DNA of 64,000 nucleotides from an uncultured Actinomycetes bacterium (GTDB lineage Bacteria; Actinomycetota; Thermoleophilia; UBA2241), in assembly GCA_963755025.1 (NCBI GenBank), contig CAVWIH010000014.1, positions 128,001 to 192,000 on the forward strand. The letters are read 5' to 3'. The translations under genes and the position numbers were made by a program. This document shows, piece by piece, positions 61,931-64,000 of this stretch (position 1 is its first letter; each line of letters begins with the position of its first letter). A model generated the notes under the pieces. The model did no database searches and had not been told where the DNA came from. It saw nothing but the letters and a program-made list of their open reading frames with translations.

Positions 61931-63093
61931 CGCGGCCCGCCCGGGCCGAGGGCGCGCTTGAGGCGCCGCAGACCTTCTTCGAGGGTGGCGCGCGGACAGC
62001 CGAAGTTGAGGCGCAGAAAACCGGGGGCGGCGCCGAAGGCGGCGCCGTCGGACAGCGCCACGCCGGCGCGCAGGCAGGCCTTGGCCGCCTCGGCGCCGCC
62101 GGCGTCGTGGGCCGCAAGCCAGCCGCGCGCGTCGAGCCAGGCGAGGTAGGTCGCCTCGACGCGCGTCGTGGTCACCCCGGGCAGCTCGCCGCCACGAACG
62201 ACGCCACGAGGTCGGCGTTGCCGCGCAGGTAGGCGCGCAGCTCGGCGAGCCACGCGACGCCGTCGCGGTAGGCGGCTTCGGCGGCGGCGATGGCGAAGCA
62301 GCCCGGGAACGGCAGCAGCACCGGCGCCCGGCTTCGACGAAGCGCCGGCGCAGCCCCTCGTCGGGGATCACGGCGAAGGCGAAGTTGAGGCCCGGCAGGT
62401 TGAACGTCTTGCTCGGCGCCATGAGCGTGACGGTCAGCTCGTCGCCGGCGGGCGCGGCGACGGCGGACGGCACGTGGCGTCGCCGGCTCGAGGAGCAGGT
62501 CGCAGTGGATCTCGTCGGAGACCAGCACCAGGCTCGCGACGGCGGCAGAGGTCGACCACCGCGGCGACCTCGGCGGCGTTCCAGATGCGACCGAGGGGGT
62601 TGTGCGGATGGCAGAAGAGCAGCACCCTGGTCGCCGGCGTCACGGCCGCCTCGAGCTCGGCGAGCGGCAGCTCCCAGCGGTCGCCCACGCGGCGCGCGGC
62701 GACCGTCGCGAGCTCGCGCCCCTGCAGGCCGGGCGCCTCGAGGAACGGCGGGTAGGCGGGCACCACGGTGAGCACCGTCTCGCCGCGCGCCGCATACGCG
62801 CGACAGGCGAGGTTGAGGGCGGGCACGACGCCGGGCAGAAAGACGAGCGCCTCGGGCGCCACCGTCCAGCCGTAACCGTCGCGCAGGTGGGCAAGCAGGG
62901 CCGCGACGAGCGCGTCGGTGACGTGGGTGTACCCGTAGACGCCGTGGGCCGCCCGGGCCTGGAGCGCGGCGACCACCGCCGGCGGCGAGGGCAGGTCCAT
63001 GTCGGCCACCCAGAAGGGCAGCACGTCGGGCCCGTAGCGGTCCCACTTGTAGCTCGCCGTCCCGCGGCGCTCGACTACGGCGTCGAAATCCAC
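61927..63093 (-). CDS. MalY/PatB family PLP-dependent C-S lyase (several apparent frameshifts)
   Basis: LPFWVADMD, CHPHNPLG, SDEIHCD, APSKTFN, ATYLAWLD and RLNFGCP. Confidence 0.87.
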
Positions 63094-63318
63094 GCGTGCC
63101 TCCCGACTCTCGCGAACACGACCGGTCTCGCCCGTGGGCGGCCGGCCGCCGCCTGCGATGCTATCGTATCCGCCCCGCCGGCCGGCAAGGCCGTCGAGCC
63201 GCTCAAGCCCGGCCGACTTCGCGCCGACATCGACTCGCGGAGAGGGAGATCGCGCGGCTGCGCCCGGTACCGGCAAAAGAGAACAGCCGCCGACGTTCGT
63301 TACGGCCAAGGAGACAAC

Positions 63319-63981
63319 GTGCGCGTCAACCACCTCGCACTCACCATCACGCTCGGCGCGGCCCTGCTCGCGCTCACCGCCGGCCTCGGCGCCTGCGCGT
63401 CGAGCGGCAGCAGCACCCTGCCCGACCAGGTGACGGCCGCGGCCAAGTCGATGAGCCCCGCGCCGGCGTCGGCGTTCGGCCTCGACACCAATAAGCAGTA
63501 CCGCTTCTCGGTCGACTACCCGCTGGGCTGGCTCAGCGTCTCGGCGAAAGGGGCGACGAGCGGCGAAGCTCTGACCAGCACGCTGTGGGCCGACCCCAAG
63601 GGCAAGGTCGTCGCCGGCCACGCCCTCGACACGCTGTCGGTGTCGGTCTACGCCATGACCAAGCCGGTCAAGGCCACCGACCTGGTGAGCCACTCCGGCG
63701 ACTTCAAGGTCATCGTCGACGACCTCATCAAAGGCCTGCCCCGACTGAAGGTCACCGATGCCTTCAGGCCGGTCACCGTGAACGGCACCAAGGGCTTCCA
63801 GGTCACCTACACCTACGACTCGCAGAGCACAAAGGCCGGCGCCATGTCGTACCTCCTGCTGCCCAAGGGCCGCTACGCCTACTGGATCACCGGTCAGGCG
63901 AGCGCCGACACCTGGGCGCAGTCGTGGTCGAAGCTCACTCCGGCGATGGCCTCGTTCACGATCGTGCCGGTCAAGAGCTAG
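63319..63981 (+). CDS. Lipoprotein, PsbP-like fold possible
   Basis: RBS AAGGAG; signal peptide ending LGAC; FSVDYPLGW, VTVNG and MASFTI. Confidence 0.75.
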   Translation: MRVNHLALTITLGAALLALTAGLGACASSGSSTLPDQVTAAAKSMSPAPASAFGLDTNKQYRFSVDYPLGWLSVSAKGATSGEALTSTLWADPKGKVVAGHALDTLSVSVYAMTKPVKATDLVSHSGDFKVIVDDLIKGLPRLKVTDAFRPVTVNGTKGFQVTYTYDSQSTKAGAMSYLLLPKGRYAYWITGQASADTWAQSWSKLTPAMASFTIVPVKS

Positions 63982-64000
63982 GCGCCCGCGAGGCGCCGTC

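Noticed and set aside
60449-63046. Apparent 865-aa MalY-GlpK fusion
   Set aside because: Produced by frameshifts in malY; glpK has its own ATG at 61930 overlapping the malY stop
51-63693. Many long overlapping or antisense ORFs in the track (e.g. 8876-11197, 28141-30600, 52721-55537)
   Set aside because: Arg/Ala/Gly/Pro-rich shadow frames expected in very GC-rich DNA; they overlap well-supported genes

Overview
Very GC-rich chromosomal window, most consistent with an Actinomycetota (Thermoleophilia-like) genome; this taxon is inferred from gene content and style only. Many single-base frameshifts, even in essential genes, look like long-read or MAG consensus errors. 1-19 kb is one tightly coupled respiratory operon: heme o synthase, a caa3-style oxidase (subunit II fused to cytochrome c, subunit I fused to III) and then nuoB-N of an E. 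coli-type complex I, with no nuoA. Its NuoF has Ala at the position equivalent to E. coli E183, which predicts NADPH use. A PASTA pseudokinase follows. 20.7-43.1 kb is a block bracketed by two DUF2252 paralogues (cardiolipin synthase, aquaporin, PPK2, HAD hydrolase, arylsulfatase, AI-2E, MFS, SulP, glycine-zipper and SHOCT proteins, NDH-2). At 48.5-49.7 kb there are three 60-bp repeats built from GAC-GNA-GTC hairpins, and an IS982-family element inserted at a CTAG that is also a stop codon. The rest encodes a phosphotriesterase-like protein, a giant CoA-activase fusion, HdeD, an M20 peptidase, a degenerate GmhB-like HAD, EamA, an MBL-fold protein, glpK, MalY/PatB and a lipoprotein. No rRNA, tRNA or CRISPR array was seen.
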